A stretch of DNA of 32,000 bases from Pseudomonas aeruginosa (GCF_001457615.1 NZ_LN831024.1:4470001-4502000); one strand, 5' to 3'; shown: positions 1-9,696, numbered from the stretch's first letter. Notes: generated by a model not told the origin, from the sequence alone. Numbers and translations are program-made.

Positions 1-988
1 CGGCGCCCGGCACACGCAGGGCGGCGACACGCCCCTTCGGATCGTTGGCCGGACCGGAGAAGACCTTGAACTCCACTTCCTTCAACTGGTCGGCGACGTC
101 CACCAACTCCAGCGGGATGCGCAGGTCGGGCTTGTCCGAACCGTAGCGGCGCATGGCCTCTTCGAACGGCATGTGCGGGAACTCGTCGAACTCGACATCC
201 AGCACTTCCTTGAACAGCTGGCGCACCATCTTCTCGGTGATGCCGATGATGTCGCTCTCGTCGAGGAAGCTGGTCTCGATGTCGATCTGGGTGAATTCCG
301 GCTGGCGGTCGGCACGCAGGTCCTCGTCACGGAAGCACTTGGCGATCTGGTAGTAGCGATCGAAGCCGGCGACCATCAGCAGTTGCTTGAACAACTGCGG
401 CGACTGCGGCAGGGCGAAGAAGTGGCCCGGGTAGGTACGGCTCGGCACCAGGTAGTCGCGCGCGCCTTCCGGCGTCGGCCGGCCGAGGATCGGGGTCTCG
501 ACGTCGAGGAAGCCGTTGTCGTCCAGGTAGCGGCGAATGCTGCTGGTGATGCGCGCGCGCAGCTTCAGCTTGGCGGCCATCTCCGGACGACGCAGGTCGA
601 TGAAGCGGTAGCGCAGGCGGGTTTCCTCGCCCACATCGGAGTATTCATCCAACGGGAACGGCGGAGTCTCGGCCTGGTTCAGCACTTCCAGTTCGTAGCC
701 CAGTACCTCGATGGAGCCAGACGCCATGTTCGGGTTGCGCGCGCCTTCAGGGCGCAGGCGCACCTTGCCGGTGATCTTCACCACGAACTCGCTGCGCACC
801 CGGTCGGCCTTGGCGAAGGTTTCCGCACGGTCCGGATCGAACACCACCTGGGCCAGCCCCTCGCGATCGCGCACATCGAGGAAGATCACTCCACCATGGT
901 CGCGGCGGCGGTGAACCCAACCGCAAAGGGTGACTTCCTGGCCGTCCAGGCTCTCGTTCAGTTGGCCGCAATAGTGGCTGCGCATCAT
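1..988 (-). CDS. aspS: Aspartate--tRNA ligase (AspRS), N-terminal ~329 codons; remainder lies beyond the window edge
   Basis: Uninterrupted minus-strand frame from ATG (988-986) to position 1. It is missing from the ORF track only because no stop falls in the window. My translation: [44 protein letters not shown]...[51 protein letters not shown]. This is the OB-fold anticodon-binding domain plus the class II catalytic motifs typical of bacterial AspRS. Confidence 0.95.
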
Positions 989-1427
989 GGTGTGGTTCGC
1001 TTCTCGTAAGTCTTGGATTCTGTGGAGCCGCCGGCTGCCTGGCGACCATTGCCGGGCTCTCGCCGGCCCTGACCGAGCACCGGAACCATCGGTACGCCCC
1101 CGGAAGGACATCTCCCGCGCTGCCCGGTGAACGGCAACGGCGAAGCACCCGCATCCGGGCTCACTTCGCATTGAAGGCGGGGATTATAGCCTGAAAAATC
1201 CATGGCTTGCAGCCAGCCCCGCCGGCCTGTCACGCGGGAAGCCAGGCCGTTGAACGGAAGCATTTCGCCTCCCCCTGCGAACCATTCGCTTGACCGGGCA
1301 GTCGGAATAGATTCTCCCTATCGCCGCCTTTGACATAGACCAAGAGCGCTGGGAAAAACCCTGTGTTAGCCTCACTCCAACTGTTTCGGAGTGCCCCATT
1401 CACAAGGCCGACTGAAAGGAGAACGCC

Positions 1428-1898
1428 ATGGAAATCAATATCGGAATCGGCGAACAGGATCGCGCAGCCATTGCCGAGGGCCTGTCGCGGCTACTGGCCG
1501 ACACCTACACCCTCTACCTGAAAACCCACAACTTCCACTGGAACGTCACCGGCCCGATGTTCAACACGCTGCACCTGATGTTCGAAGGCCAGTACACCGA
1601 ACTGGCCGTTGCCGTAGACGACATCGCCGAGCGCATCCGGGCCCTGGGCTTCCCGGCGCCCGGCACCTACGCCGCCTACGCCCGCCTCTCGTCCATCAAG
1701 GAGGAGGAAGGCGTTCCGGAAGCCGAGGAGATGATCCGGCAACTGGTCCAGGGTCAGGAAGCCGTGGTGCGCACCGCCCGCAGCATCTTCCCGCTGCTGG
1801 ACAAGGTCAGCGACGAACCCACCGCCGACCTGCTCACCCAACGTATGCAGGTGCATGAAAAGACCGCCTGGATGTTGCGCAGCCTTCTTGCCAGCTGA
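1428..1898 (+). CDS. dps: Dps-family ferritin-like DNA-binding stress protein
   Basis: 156-aa ORF with AAGGAGA 5 nt upstream of the [40 protein letters not shown]...[21 protein letters not shown] is the Dps four-helix-bundle pattern with ferroxidase His/Asp/Glu residues. Confidence 0.9.
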   Translation: MEINIGIGEQDRAAIAEGLSRLLADTYTLYLKTHNFHWNVTGPMFNTLHLMFEGQYTELAVAVDDIAERIRALGFPAPGTYAAYARLSSIKEEEGVPEAEEMIRQLVQGQEAVVRTARSIFPLLDKVSDEPTADLLTQRMQVHEKTAWMLRSLLAS

Positions 1899-1919
1899 TC
1901 GTCGATCGCTCGATAGAAA

Positions 1920-1943
1920 GCGGGGCCCGCCTCAGGGTCCCGC
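1920..1943 (+). terminator. GC-rich hairpin after dps (no U-tract)
   Basis: GCGGGGCCC-gcctca-GGGTCCCGC forms a 9-bp stem (one G-U pair) 22 nt after the dps stop. It is followed by C-rich rather than T-rich sequence, so intrinsic termination is uncertain. Confidence 0.35.
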
Positions 1944-2113
1944 CCTCCCCCCTCCGGCGCCAACCGCTTGATTTGAGTAGCCTCCTGCTTTCCTGTTAAA
2001 TAGCCGCCGTGCGTCACGCGCATAGGCCGGCCGTCCTTCCGCACCTTTCGTTTCATGCACCGAAGCGCTGTCCGGCTACTTGATCGTTACCCCATCAAGG
2101 TGAACTCATTGAC

Positions 2114-2728
2114 ATGTTGAAAATCGTCCTTCTGGTCACGGGCGTCGCCGCCCTATTGCTGTCCTTCATTCCCAGCCTAAGAACCGAAGCCACACCCTTC
2201 CTGCAACATCCCGATGCCATCTACCTGGCCATTCTGGGCCTGATCAACCTGCTCTTCGCTCCCGTACTGCAATCGTCACATCCAACCCGCCCGCTGCAGG
2301 CCGGCGCAGCCGCCCTGCTGGTCCTGGGCGTCGTCCTGCAGGCACTGATCCTGCTGGCGCCGCTGCCGACCATCGCCGACCAGCCGGCGATCGTCCTGCC
2401 CCTGCTAAGCCTGGTGCTGGCCACGGCCCTGCAACTGGCGGGCAGCCTGAAACCCGGCAAACCGGTCTCGCGCAGCGCCAGCGCCCCGGCAGCCCTCGGC
2501 GGCAGCCAGGACAGCGGCAACCGGGAGACCGGTACCGTGAAGTGGTTCAACACCTCAAAAGGTTTCGGCTTCATTTCCCGCGATTCGGGCGAGGACATCT
2601 TCGTCCACTTCCGAGCGATTCGCGGCGAAGGCCACCGCATCCTCATCGAAGGCCAGCGCGTGGAGTTCTCGGTGGTACAACGGGACAAGGGCCTGCAGGC
2701 GGAAGACGTGATCGCCTCCCGCCGCTGA
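2114..2728 (+). CDS. Membrane-anchored cold-shock-domain protein (about 4 TM helices plus C-terminal CSD)
   Basis: 204-aa ORF. Residues 1-112 form four hydrophobic segments ([83 protein letters not shown]). A Ser/Ala/Gly/Pro linker follows, then [60 protein letters not shown] carrying the RNP1 (KGFGFI) and RNP2 (IFVHF) cold-shock motifs. Confidence 0.85.
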   Translation: MLKIVLLVTGVAALLLSFIPSLRTEATPFLQHPDAIYLAILGLINLLFAPVLQSSHPTRPLQAGAAALLVLGVVLQALILLAPLPTIADQPAIVLPLLSLVLATALQLAGSLKPGKPVSRSASAPAALGGSQDSGNRETGTVKWFNTSKGFGFISRDSGEDIFVHFRAIRGEGHRILIEGQRVEFSVVQRDKGLQAEDVIASRR

Positions 2729-2744
2729 CCGCCGCGAAAAACAG

Positions 2745-2772
2745 AAAACCCGCCGAACGGCGGGTTTTTTGT
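2745..2772. terminator. Bidirectional rho-independent terminator between the CSD gene (+) and slyX (-)
   Basis: CCCGCC-gaac-GGCGGG stem flanked by an A-run upstream and TTTTTTGT downstream. It sits between two convergent stop codons (2728 and 2777). Confidence 0.85.
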
Positions 2773-2776
2773 GCAT

Positions 2777-2986
2777 TCAATAATGGGGAGGAGGCGCTTC
2801 GTCTTCCCCCGCCTCGCCCACCAGCCCCTGGACGTCTTCCAGACGCTTGATCAATGCCGCGACCTGAAGCTGCAGTCGCTCGATGCTGCGCTGCTGCTCG
2901 ACCACCACATCGTTGAGAGCCTGCAAAGTGTCATCCTGGAAAGCCTGGCGGCATTCCAGGTCATCCATGCGCGCGTCCAGCTCCAT
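2777..2986 (-). CDS. slyX: SlyX-family coiled-coil protein
   Basis: 69-aa ORF with heptad-like content ([41 protein letters not shown]) ending in EAPPPHY. Length and the C-terminal PPPHY match E. coli SlyX as I recall it. The ATG directly abuts the stop of the upstream HIT gene. Confidence 0.85.
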   Translation of the reverse strand: MELDARMDDLECRQAFQDDTLQALNDVVVEQQRSIERLQLQVAALIKRLEDVQGLVGEAGEDEAPPPHY

Positions 2987-3415
2987 CTAGGCCTCCCCGG
3001 CAAAACGGAAGCCGTCGGTCAGCACCATCCGCAACTTGCCGCGGATCGCCTCGACCTGCTCGGAAGAATAAGGCCGAGCCGGATGGCGCCCCCAGACAGG
3101 GCCGGGCCAGGCGTCGTCACCACGTCGCCGGACGATCACGTGCATGTGAAGCTGGCTGACCACATTGCCCAGGTTAGCGACATTCATCTTGTCCGCACGG
3201 AAGGTGTCCTTGAGGACCTCTGCCAGCAGCGTGGCCTCGCGCCACAGCGCCTGCCGGTCATCGACATCGAGCTGGAACAGCTCGGTGACATCCTCCCGCC
3301 TCGGCACCAGGATGAACCACGGATAGCGGGCATCGTTCATCAGCAGCAGGCGGCTGAGGGGAAAGTCGCCGAGCAACAGGGTGTCCTGCTCCAGCCGGGG
3401 ATCCAAAGCGAACAT
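2987..3415 (-). CDS. HIT-family (histidine-triad-like) nucleotide hydrolase
   Basis: The track ORF runs to 3670, but I set the start at the internal ATG 3415 (MFALDPRLEQDTLLLGDF...), which has GGAGAGG upstream. The protein carries NLGNVVSQLHMHVIVRR, a His-x-His HIT-type motif. The 85-codon upstream extension shows no recognisable protein pattern. Confidence 0.8.
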   Translation of the reverse strand: MFALDPRLEQDTLLLGDFPLSRLLLMNDARYPWFILVPRREDVTELFQLDVDDRQALWREATLLAEVLKDTFRADKMNVANLGNVVSQLHMHVIVRRRGDDAWPGPVWGRHPARPYSSEQVEAIRGKLRMVLTDGFRFAGEA

Positions 3416-3921
3416 ACTGACCTCTCCTGTTCGACCGTCGTTCATGGACAGCTTAGCCCCTCCCTCCGGGAAGGGCCCCGCCGTAACTGCCGCGCAGGAT
3501 ACTTCGCCGCCCGGCCAAAGCAAGCCCACACATCCGCCCGCCCCAGCTTGGCGCGCCTCTCCAGCCGAACGCCCCATAAGATGCCGGCCAAATGAATACA
3601 GCGCGACGCCGAACATAAGACATGCCGTGGATACAAACGCATTCGCCACAGACAACTCGATGGCAACCAACCCTTGAAGCAGACGGATTACAATCAGGTT
3701 TCAAAGCATAATTCGTTTGCTTTCAAACAGAATAGCCTCGCTCTCGAAGAGACCAACTGGAATACATAGGCGAAGCCATTTTCCAATTTGTGCACGGAGT
3801 TTGCTTATACCTCTTTCATCACAGTAAGAGGGGCCGTACGGAACATGACATTTTTATTACAAGGCCCCGCCAATCGGAAAAAGCGACTTGAGAAGCGACC
3901 TCAACAAGAGTGACCAACCCC

Positions 3922-3989
3922 GCGACATACGTCATTTTTTCAACTGCGCACCTACGCAGATGCGACATGCGTCATGCAATTTTGCGACA
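3922..3989. promoter_or_regulatory. Repeated GCGACA-containing motifs in the oprD upstream region (candidate ArgR-type half-sites)
   Basis: GCGACATACGTCAT (3922-3935) and GCGACATGCGTCAT (3962-3975) are a 14-bp direct repeat with one mismatch. A third GCGACA lies at 3984-3989. GCGACA is the reverse complement of the TGTCGC core recalled for P. aeruginosa ArgR sites. Spacing here is 22 and 40 bp, not the 21 bp I recall. Confidence 0.4.
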
Positions 3990-4133
3990 GCACGGTAAAG
4001 AATCCGTCGCTTCGGAACCTCAACTATCGCCAAGAAACACTGCGTGCTATAAGTTAGCGCCGACAAGAAGAACTAGCCGTCACTGCGGCACTGTGATGGC
4101 AGAGATAATTTCAAAACCAAAGGAGCAATCACA

Positions 4134-5459
4134 ATGAAAGTGATGAAGTGGAGCGCCATTGCACTGGCGGTTTCCGCAGGTAGCACTCAGTTCGCCGTGG
4201 CCGACGCATTCGTCAGCGATCAGGCCGAAGCGAAGGGGTTCATCGAAGACAGCAGCCTGAACCTGCTGCTCCGCAACTACTATTTCAACCGTGACGGCAA
4301 GGAAGGTCGGGGTGATCGCGTCGATTGGACCCAGGGCTTCCTCACCACCTACGAATCCGGCTTCACTCAAGGCACCGTGGGCTTCGGCGTCGATGCCTTC
4401 GGCTACCTGGGCCTGAAGCTCGACGGCACCTCCGACAAGACCGGCACCGGCAACCTGCCGGTGATGAACGACGGCAAGCCGCGCGATGACTACAGCCGCG
4501 CCGGCGGCGCCGTGAAGGTGCGCATCTCCAAGACCATGCTGAAGTGGGGCGAGATGCAACCGACCGCCCCGGTCTTCGCCGCTGGCGGCAGCCGCCTGTT
4601 CCCGCAGACCGCGACCGGCTTCCAGCTGCAGAGCAGCGAATTCGAAGGGCTCGACCTCGAGGCAGGCCACTTCACCGAGGGCAAGGAGCCGACCACCGTC
4701 AAATCGCGCGGTGAGCTCTACGCCACCTACGCCGGCCAGACAGCCAAGAGCGCCGACTTCGCTGGCGGCCGCTACGCGATCACCGACAACCTCAGCGCCT
4801 CCCTCTATGGCGCAGAGCTGAAAGACATCTATCGCCAGTACTACCTGAACACCAACTACACCATCCCGCTGGCCTCCGATCAATCGCTGGGCTTCGACTT
4901 CAACATCTACCGCACCACCGACGAAGGCAAGTCCAAGGCTGGCGACATCAGCAACACCACCTGGTCCCTGGCGGGCGCGTATACCCTGGACGCCCACACC
5001 TTCACCCTGGCCTACCAGCAGGTGCATGGCGACGAGCCGTTCGACTACATCGGCTTCGGCGGCAACGGTTCCGGCGCCGGCGGCGACTCGATCTTCCTCG
5101 CCAACTCCGTCCAGTACTCCGACTTCAACGGTCCTGGCGAGAAATCCTGGCAGGCCCGCTACGACCTGAACCTGGCCTCCTACGGCGTTCCTGGCCTGAC
5201 CTTCATGCTGCGTTACATCAATGGTAAGGACATCGACGGTACCAAGGTCGATTCCAGCTCCTCCTATGCAGGCCTGTACGGCGAGGATGGCAAGCACCAC
5301 GAAACCAACCTCGAAGCCAAGTACGTGGTCCAGTCCGGTCCGGCCAAGGACCTGTCGTTCCGCATCCGCCAGGCCTGGCACCGTGCCAACGCCGACCAGG
5401 GCGAAGGCGACCAGAACGAGTTCCGCCTGATCGTCGACTATCCGCTGTCGATCCTGTAA
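4134..5459 (+). CDS. oprD: Outer-membrane porin OprD (basic amino acid / carbapenem channel), intact, 441 aa
   Basis: AAGGAG lies 7 nt upstream of the ATG. Signal peptide MKVMKWSAIALAVSAGSTQFAVA-DAF, then FIEDSSLNLLLRNYYFNRDG...QNEFRLIVDYPLSIL, which I recognise as P. aeruginosa OprD. The terminal aromatic/hydrophobic beta-barrel signature is present. Confidence 0.97.
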   Translation: MKVMKWSAIALAVSAGSTQFAVADAFVSDQAEAKGFIEDSSLNLLLRNYYFNRDGKEGRGDRVDWTQGFLTTYESGFTQGTVGFGVDAFGYLGLKLDGTSDKTGTGNLPVMNDGKPRDDYSRAGGAVKVRISKTMLKWGEMQPTAPVFAAGGSRLFPQTATGFQLQSSEFEGLDLEAGHFTEGKEPTTVKSRGELYATYAGQTAKSADFAGGRYAITDNLSASLYGAELKDIYRQYYLNTNYTIPLASDQSLGFDFNIYRTTDEGKSKAGDISNTTWSLAGAYTLDAHTFTLAYQQVHGDEPFDYIGFGGNGSGAGGDSIFLANSVQYSDFNGPGEKSWQARYDLNLASYGVPGLTFMLRYINGKDIDGTKVDSSSSYAGLYGEDGKHHETNLEAKYVVQSGPAKDLSFRIRQAWHRANADQGEGDQNEFRLIVDYPLSIL

Positions 5460-5475
5460 TCGACCGACAGGCAAC

Positions 5476-5506
5476 GAAAAAACCCGGCATCGCCGGGTTT
5501 TTTCTT
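5476..5506. terminator. Bidirectional rho-independent terminator between oprD (+) and the thioesterase gene (-)
   Basis: GAAAAAA-CCCGGC-atc-GCCGGG-TTTTTTCTT, located between convergent stops at 5459 and 5523. Confidence 0.85.
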
Positions 5507-5522
5507 CTTGGCGGCAACGCGC

Positions 5523-5930
5523 CTATAAAGGAAGGGCGTAGGTACCGGTGACATGGGCCACCAGGTCTTCCTCATTACTCTGCGAAAACACCCCGACCTC
5601 GCAGACGACCTGGCGCCGCCCCAGCTTGAGGATGCTCGCCTCGGCCAACAGGTCCTCGGGCCTGGGCTTGCTGAGGAAGTTGATGTTCAGGTTCGAGGTC
5701 ACGGCCATCTCGACCGCCCCGAGACGCCCGAGAATGACCGCGTACATCGCCGCGTCGGCCAGCGCCATGATGGTCGGGCCGGACAGCGTTCCACCGGGAC
5801 GCACCAGCTTGCCGTGAAAAGGTATGCGCGCCAGCGCATGTCGTTCGTCGAGACGCTCGACACGAAAATCGATGTCCTCGGCCATGGGCAGCCCCATGCG
5901 GATCAACGCCTGTACCTGCGTCGCGTTCAT
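5523..5930 (-). CDS. PaaI/YigI-like hotdog-fold thioesterase
   Basis: Start set at internal ATG 5930 (MNATQVQALIRMGLPMAEDIDFRVERLDERHALARIPFHGKLVRPGGTLSGPTIMALADAAMY...), with GAGGAG about 9 nt upstream. The pattern matches PaaI-type 4HBT thioesterases. The longer track ORF (to 6035) would nearly overlap the divergent proS start. Confidence 0.8.
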   Translation of the reverse strand: MNATQVQALIRMGLPMAEDIDFRVERLDERHALARIPFHGKLVRPGGTLSGPTIMALADAAMYAVILGRLGAVEMAVTSNLNINFLSKPRPEDLLAEASILKLGRRQVVCEVGVFSQSNEEDLVAHVTGTYALPL

Positions 5931-6037
5931 TGCCTGCTGACTCCTCATCATCGATGGCCGGCGCCCTGTACGCAGCCAGACCGGCACCGTACAATGCCCA
6001 GCCATTCCTCCCGATACAACCGACATAACGGCCAAAG

Positions 6038-7753
6038 ATGCGTACCAGTCAGTATCTGCTTTCCACGCTCAAAGAAACCCCCGCCGACGCGGTGGTAATC
6101 AGCCATCAACTGCTGCTTCGCGCCGGCATGATCCGTCGCCTGGCCTCGGGTCTCTACACCTGGCTGCCAATGGGCCTGCGGGTACTGCGCAAGGTCGAGA
6201 CCATCGTCCGCGAGGAAATGAACGCTGCCGGCGCCCTGGAAGTGCTGATGCCGGCGGTGCAGCCGGCCGAGCTGTGGCAGGAGTCGGGGCGCTGGGAGCA
6301 ATACGGCCCTGAGCTGCTGCGCCTGAAGGACCGCCACGAGCGCGAATTCTGCGTAGGCCCAACCCACGAAGAAGTGATCACCGACCTCGCGCGCAACGAG
6401 CTGAACAGCTACAAGCAACTGCCGATCAACTTCTATCAGATCCAGACCAAGTTCCGCGATGAGATCCGCCCGCGCTTCGGCCTGATGCGCGGACGCGAAT
6501 TCATCATGAAGGACGCCTATTCCTTCCACCTGAGCCAGGACTCGCTGCAGCAGACCTACGACGGGATGTACCAGGCGTACAGCAAGATCTTCTCCCGCCT
6601 CGGCCTGGATTTCCGTCCCGTGCAAGCCGACAACGGCTCCATCGGCGGCAGCGGCTCCCATGAGTTCCACGTGCTGGCCAACTCCGGCGAGGACGATATC
6701 GTCTTCAGCGACAGCTCCGACTACGCCGCGAACATCGAGAAGGCCGAAGCCGTGCCGCGCGAGAGCGCCCGCGGCAGCGCCACCGAGGACATGCGCCTGG
6801 TCGACACGCCCAACACCAAGACCATCGCGGCCCTGGTGGACGGCTTCCAGCTACCGATCGAGAAAACCATCAAGACCCTGGTGGTGCATGGCGCCGAAGA
6901 AGGCACCCTGGTCGCCCTGATCGTCCGCGGTGATCACGAGCTCAACGAAATCAAGGCCGCCAACCAGCCGCTGGTCGCCAGCCCGCTGGTATTCGCTTCG
7001 GAGGCCGAGATCCGTGCCGCCATCGGCGCCGGCCCCGGCTCGCTGGGCCCGGTCAACCTGCCGATCGCCTGCATCGTCGACCGCTCCGTCGCCCTGATGA
7101 GCGATTTCGCCGCTGGCGCCAACATCGAGGACAAGCACTACTTCGGCGTGAACTGGGAGCGCGACCTGCCGCTGCCCGAGGTCGCCGACCTGCGCAATGT
7201 CGTCGAAGGCGACCCCAGCCCGGACGGCAAGGGCACCCTGGTGATCAAGCGCGGCATCGAGGTCGGTCATATCTTCCAGCTTGGCACCAAGTACAGCGAA
7301 GCGATGAAGCTGAGCGTCCTGAGCGAACAGGGCAAGCCGGTCAACCTGATCATGGGCTGCTACGGCATCGGCGTATCCCGCGTGGTCGCCGCCGCCATCG
7401 AGCAGAACCATGACGAGCGCGGCATTCTCTGGCCAAGCGCACTGGCGCCGTTCCAGATCGCCCTGGTACCGCTGAAGTACGAAACCGAGAGCGTCAAGCA
7501 GGCGACCGACAAGCTCTATGCCGAGCTGACCGCAGCCGGTTTCGAAGTGCTGCTGGACGATCGCGACAAGAAGACCAGCCCCGGGGTGAAGTTCGCCGAC
7601 ATGGAGCTGATCGGCATTCCCCACCGCATCGTGATCAGCGACCGCGGCCTCAGCGAAGGCGTCCTGGAATACAAGGGCCGCCGCGACAGCGAGTCGCAGA
7701 ACCTGCCGATCGGCGAACTGATGTCGTTCATCACCGAAAAACTCAGCCGCTGA
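6038..7753 (+). CDS. proS: Proline--tRNA ligase (bacterial type, with editing-domain insertion)
   Basis: 571-aa ORF: [54 protein letters not shown]...[26 protein letters not shown]...[27 protein letters not shown]. This is an unmistakable ProRS pattern. Confidence 0.97.
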   Translation: MRTSQYLLSTLKETPADAVVISHQLLLRAGMIRRLASGLYTWLPMGLRVLRKVETIVREEMNAAGALEVLMPAVQPAELWQESGRWEQYGPELLRLKDRHEREFCVGPTHEEVITDLARNELNSYKQLPINFYQIQTKFRDEIRPRFGLMRGREFIMKDAYSFHLSQDSLQQTYDGMYQAYSKIFSRLGLDFRPVQADNGSIGGSGSHEFHVLANSGEDDIVFSDSSDYAANIEKAEAVPRESARGSATEDMRLVDTPNTKTIAALVDGFQLPIEKTIKTLVVHGAEEGTLVALIVRGDHELNEIKAANQPLVASPLVFASEAEIRAAIGAGPGSLGPVNLPIACIVDRSVALMSDFAAGANIEDKHYFGVNWERDLPLPEVADLRNVVEGDPSPDGKGTLVIKRGIEVGHIFQLGTKYSEAMKLSVLSEQGKPVNLIMGCYGIGVSRVVAAAIEQNHDERGILWPSALAPFQIALVPLKYETESVKQATDKLYAELTAAGFEVLLDDRDKKTSPGVKFADMELIGIPHRIVISDRGLSEGVLEYKGRRDSESQNLPIGELMSFITEKLSR

Positions 7754-7761
7754 GCGTAACG

Positions 7762-8718
7762 ATGCCCACCGGAAGACCCCTGCGCCTATTCGCCGCCGCC
7801 CTGTGCGGCGGCCTTCTGCTGAGCGGCTGCGCCAACCAGTTGCCGCAGCGTAGCGAGCATGAGGAGCGCGTCGAGCGGAAGCTGCTCGAACACACCCTGC
7901 AAGTCGATGTCGGCCAGCCCGATGTGCTCGAACTGCCGCAGCGCCGGGTCCGGATCAACGACCAGAAGTCCTTCGAGGTCACCGAGTTCGAGGTGACGCG
8001 CCGTTACGACCGCTATACGCCGTACCAGGCCTGGCGGGAGATCTACGAGATCCCGTTGGGCGCGGTGGCGCTGGTGGCCGGCGTCGGAGCGAACATCGTC
8101 AACGTGGTGACCTTCGGCAGCGTACCGGACAACATCACCCACGGCTGGATCAACTACGGACTGGCCGGGGTGAATCCGTTCATGAACGTGGAATCCAACG
8201 GTCGCGCCGAACAGAATCTCGCGAGCATCGACGAGAAACAGCGCGACAAGCGCCTGGAATACTCCAGCCTGCCCTGGGCGGAGCGTCCGGTCCTGGTCAG
8301 TTCCGGCAAGGAACTCAACGAACTGCTTACCGACCGTCATGGCGTGCTGCGCCTCAACCTGCTCGACAGCCCCTTCGCCGAACAGGACATCAGCCGCATC
8401 TCGCAGATACACCTTTCGGTGAGCGACCCACAGGATGGTACCCGCGCCGATGCCAGCCTCCGCGTCAGCCGCAGCCTGCGCGGCAAGCTCCTGGAAGCTC
8501 ACGCCCTGATCTATGACGACCTGGAAGGCGATGACGTCCACCACTGGGTCCATCGGGTGAAACGCCTCGCGGAGCTGGGCCTGGAAGAAGAAGCCAGCGA
8601 ACTGGAACAGAGCCTGATCGAGCTCACGCGCAACGACCCCGAACTGCAGCAGCAGTTTATGCATGCCCTGCTCCGGGATGCCGGTCGCCTGGCCGCGGAC
8701 CCTGGCGAGACGCCCTGA
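7762..8718 (+). CDS. Hypothetical lipoprotein
   Basis: 318-aa ORF starting 8 nt after the proS stop. The N-terminus MPTGRPLRLFAAALCGGLLLSGC-ANQ has a lipobox (LSGC). Third-position GC is high. I recognise no family. Confidence 0.75.
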   Translation: MPTGRPLRLFAAALCGGLLLSGCANQLPQRSEHEERVERKLLEHTLQVDVGQPDVLELPQRRVRINDQKSFEVTEFEVTRRYDRYTPYQAWREIYEIPLGAVALVAGVGANIVNVVTFGSVPDNITHGWINYGLAGVNPFMNVESNGRAEQNLASIDEKQRDKRLEYSSLPWAERPVLVSSGKELNELLTDRHGVLRLNLLDSPFAEQDISRISQIHLSVSDPQDGTRADASLRVSRSLRGKLLEAHALIYDDLEGDDVHHWVHRVKRLAELGLEEEASELEQSLIELTRNDPELQQQFMHALLRDAGRLAADPGETP

Positions 8719-8738
8719 CGGCGAACTCGCCTCGTCAG
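8715..8738. other. Short hairpin whose arms contain both convergent stop codons
   Basis: CTGACG (8715-8720) pairs with CGTCAG (8733-8738). The left arm holds the TGA of the lipoprotein gene and the right arm holds the TCA (minus-strand TGA) of acyP. There is no U-tract. Confidence 0.3.
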
Positions 8739-9010
8739 CGACGGACGACGAAGCCAGCGATCCCCTGCAGCGGCATTTGCTCGACCTCGACCGCAGAGAC
8801 CTCCGCGTGCCGCGGGCCCCGCCCCAGCCATCGCTCCAGGGCTTTCGCCCGGTCCTCCTCGCCCTCCCAGACGACTTCGACACGCCCGTCATCCAGGTTT
8901 CGCACCCAACCGTCGAGTTCGAGGCGATCAGCCTCTTCCCGGGTCGCCTGACGGAAACCGACGCCCTGTACCCGGCCGCCGACATAGGCATGCAAGCAGA
9001 TCCTCGCCAT
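8735..9010 (-). CDS. acyP: Acylphosphatase
   Basis: 91-aa ORF: VGGRVQGVGFRQATREEADRLELDGWVRNLDDGRVEVVWEG, the acylphosphatase signature. The start overlaps the upstream gene's stop by 1 nt (TGATG). Confidence 0.9.
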   Translation of the reverse strand: MARICLHAYVGGRVQGVGFRQATREEADRLELDGWVRNLDDGRVEVVWEGEEDRAKALERWLGRGPRHAEVSAVEVEQMPLQGIAGFVVRR

Positions 9011-9474
9011 CAGCGTCCCTCCCGCAAAGCCTCGAGCTGTTTCAATATGCCATCGGCCGTCTGCTCGCCCAGCAGACGCTGACGCATTTCCCCCCGAGCA
9101 TCGACGATATAGGTGACGGGCAACGCTTCGCTGCGAGGGAGCTTGAAGCGAGGCGCCGGATCATCGGCCAGCACGGTGAAGCGAATCCCCATGCCATCGG
9201 CCGACTTCTTCAACTCGGCATCGCGCAGGCCATCGAAATTCACGCCAATGACGCGCCCGCCCTGCCCTTCCAGCACCTGCGCAAGGCGATTCATCTCCGG
9301 AATCTCGGTCCGGCAGGGCGCGCACCAGTCAGCCCAGTAATTGACCACCAGCCAATGCCCGTCCAACTGCTCCGCAGCGACAGGACGCCCGTCCTGGTCG
9401 ACTCCGTAATCCGCCGAACAGCCCGCGAGAAACAACACCGCAGCAGCGCCCAGCGGGCGTAGCCAACTCCCCAT
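9010..9474 (-). CDS. TlpA/ResA-like thiol:disulfide oxidoreductase lipoprotein (thioredoxin fold)
   Basis: 154-aa ORF with GAGAGG upstream. Signal plus lipobox: MGSWLRPLGAAAVLFLAGC-SADYG. Thioredoxin-fold active site: LVVNYWADWCAPCRTEIPEMN. Confidence 0.85.
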   Translation of the reverse strand: MGSWLRPLGAAAVLFLAGCSADYGVDQDGRPVAAEQLDGHWLVVNYWADWCAPCRTEIPEMNRLAQVLEGQGGRVIGVNFDGLRDAELKKSADGMGIRFTVLADDPAPRFKLPRSEALPVTYIVDARGEMRQRLLGEQTADGILKQLEALREGR

Positions 9475-9670
9475 GTCAGGAACCTCTCGAGTCAGGAAAA
9501 CTTCGGCCGGACCAGGGCAACCCGGCGCGGCACTATGGCGAGACCTTACTGGAAGCCATCCACCTCTGCAAAACCGAGTGGAGACGAATATGGGAAGAAG
9601 AAGCCCCGATACTTCCTACAAGGCACAAAGTGCGAGAAGAGTCACGACGATCGCCGTCGAACCGCACAGT

Positions 9671-9696
9671 TTGACGCAAAGGACCACCCCTATAAT
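9671..9696 (+). promoter_or_regulatory. Promoter-like element: perfect TATAAT with nearby TTGACG
   Basis: TATAAT at 9691-9696 and TTGACG at 9671-9676. The 14-nt spacer is sub-optimal for sigma-70. It lies in a 345-bp lower-GC non-coding stretch about 120 nt upstream of the 9819 ATG. Confidence 0.3.

Noticed and set aside
1307-1321. ATAG-N7-CTAT upstream of dps as an OxyR site
   Set aside because: Only one half of the ATAG-N7-CTAT-N7-ATAG-N7-CTAT tetrad is present, and the second half does not match at the required spacing. This is too weak to call a feature.
3910-4137. 75-aa ORF (GTG start) in the oprD leader
   Set aside because: It lies in AT-rich promoter/leader DNA, has no SD and has an atypical composition. 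It overlaps the oprD SD and start, so it is most likely fortuitous.
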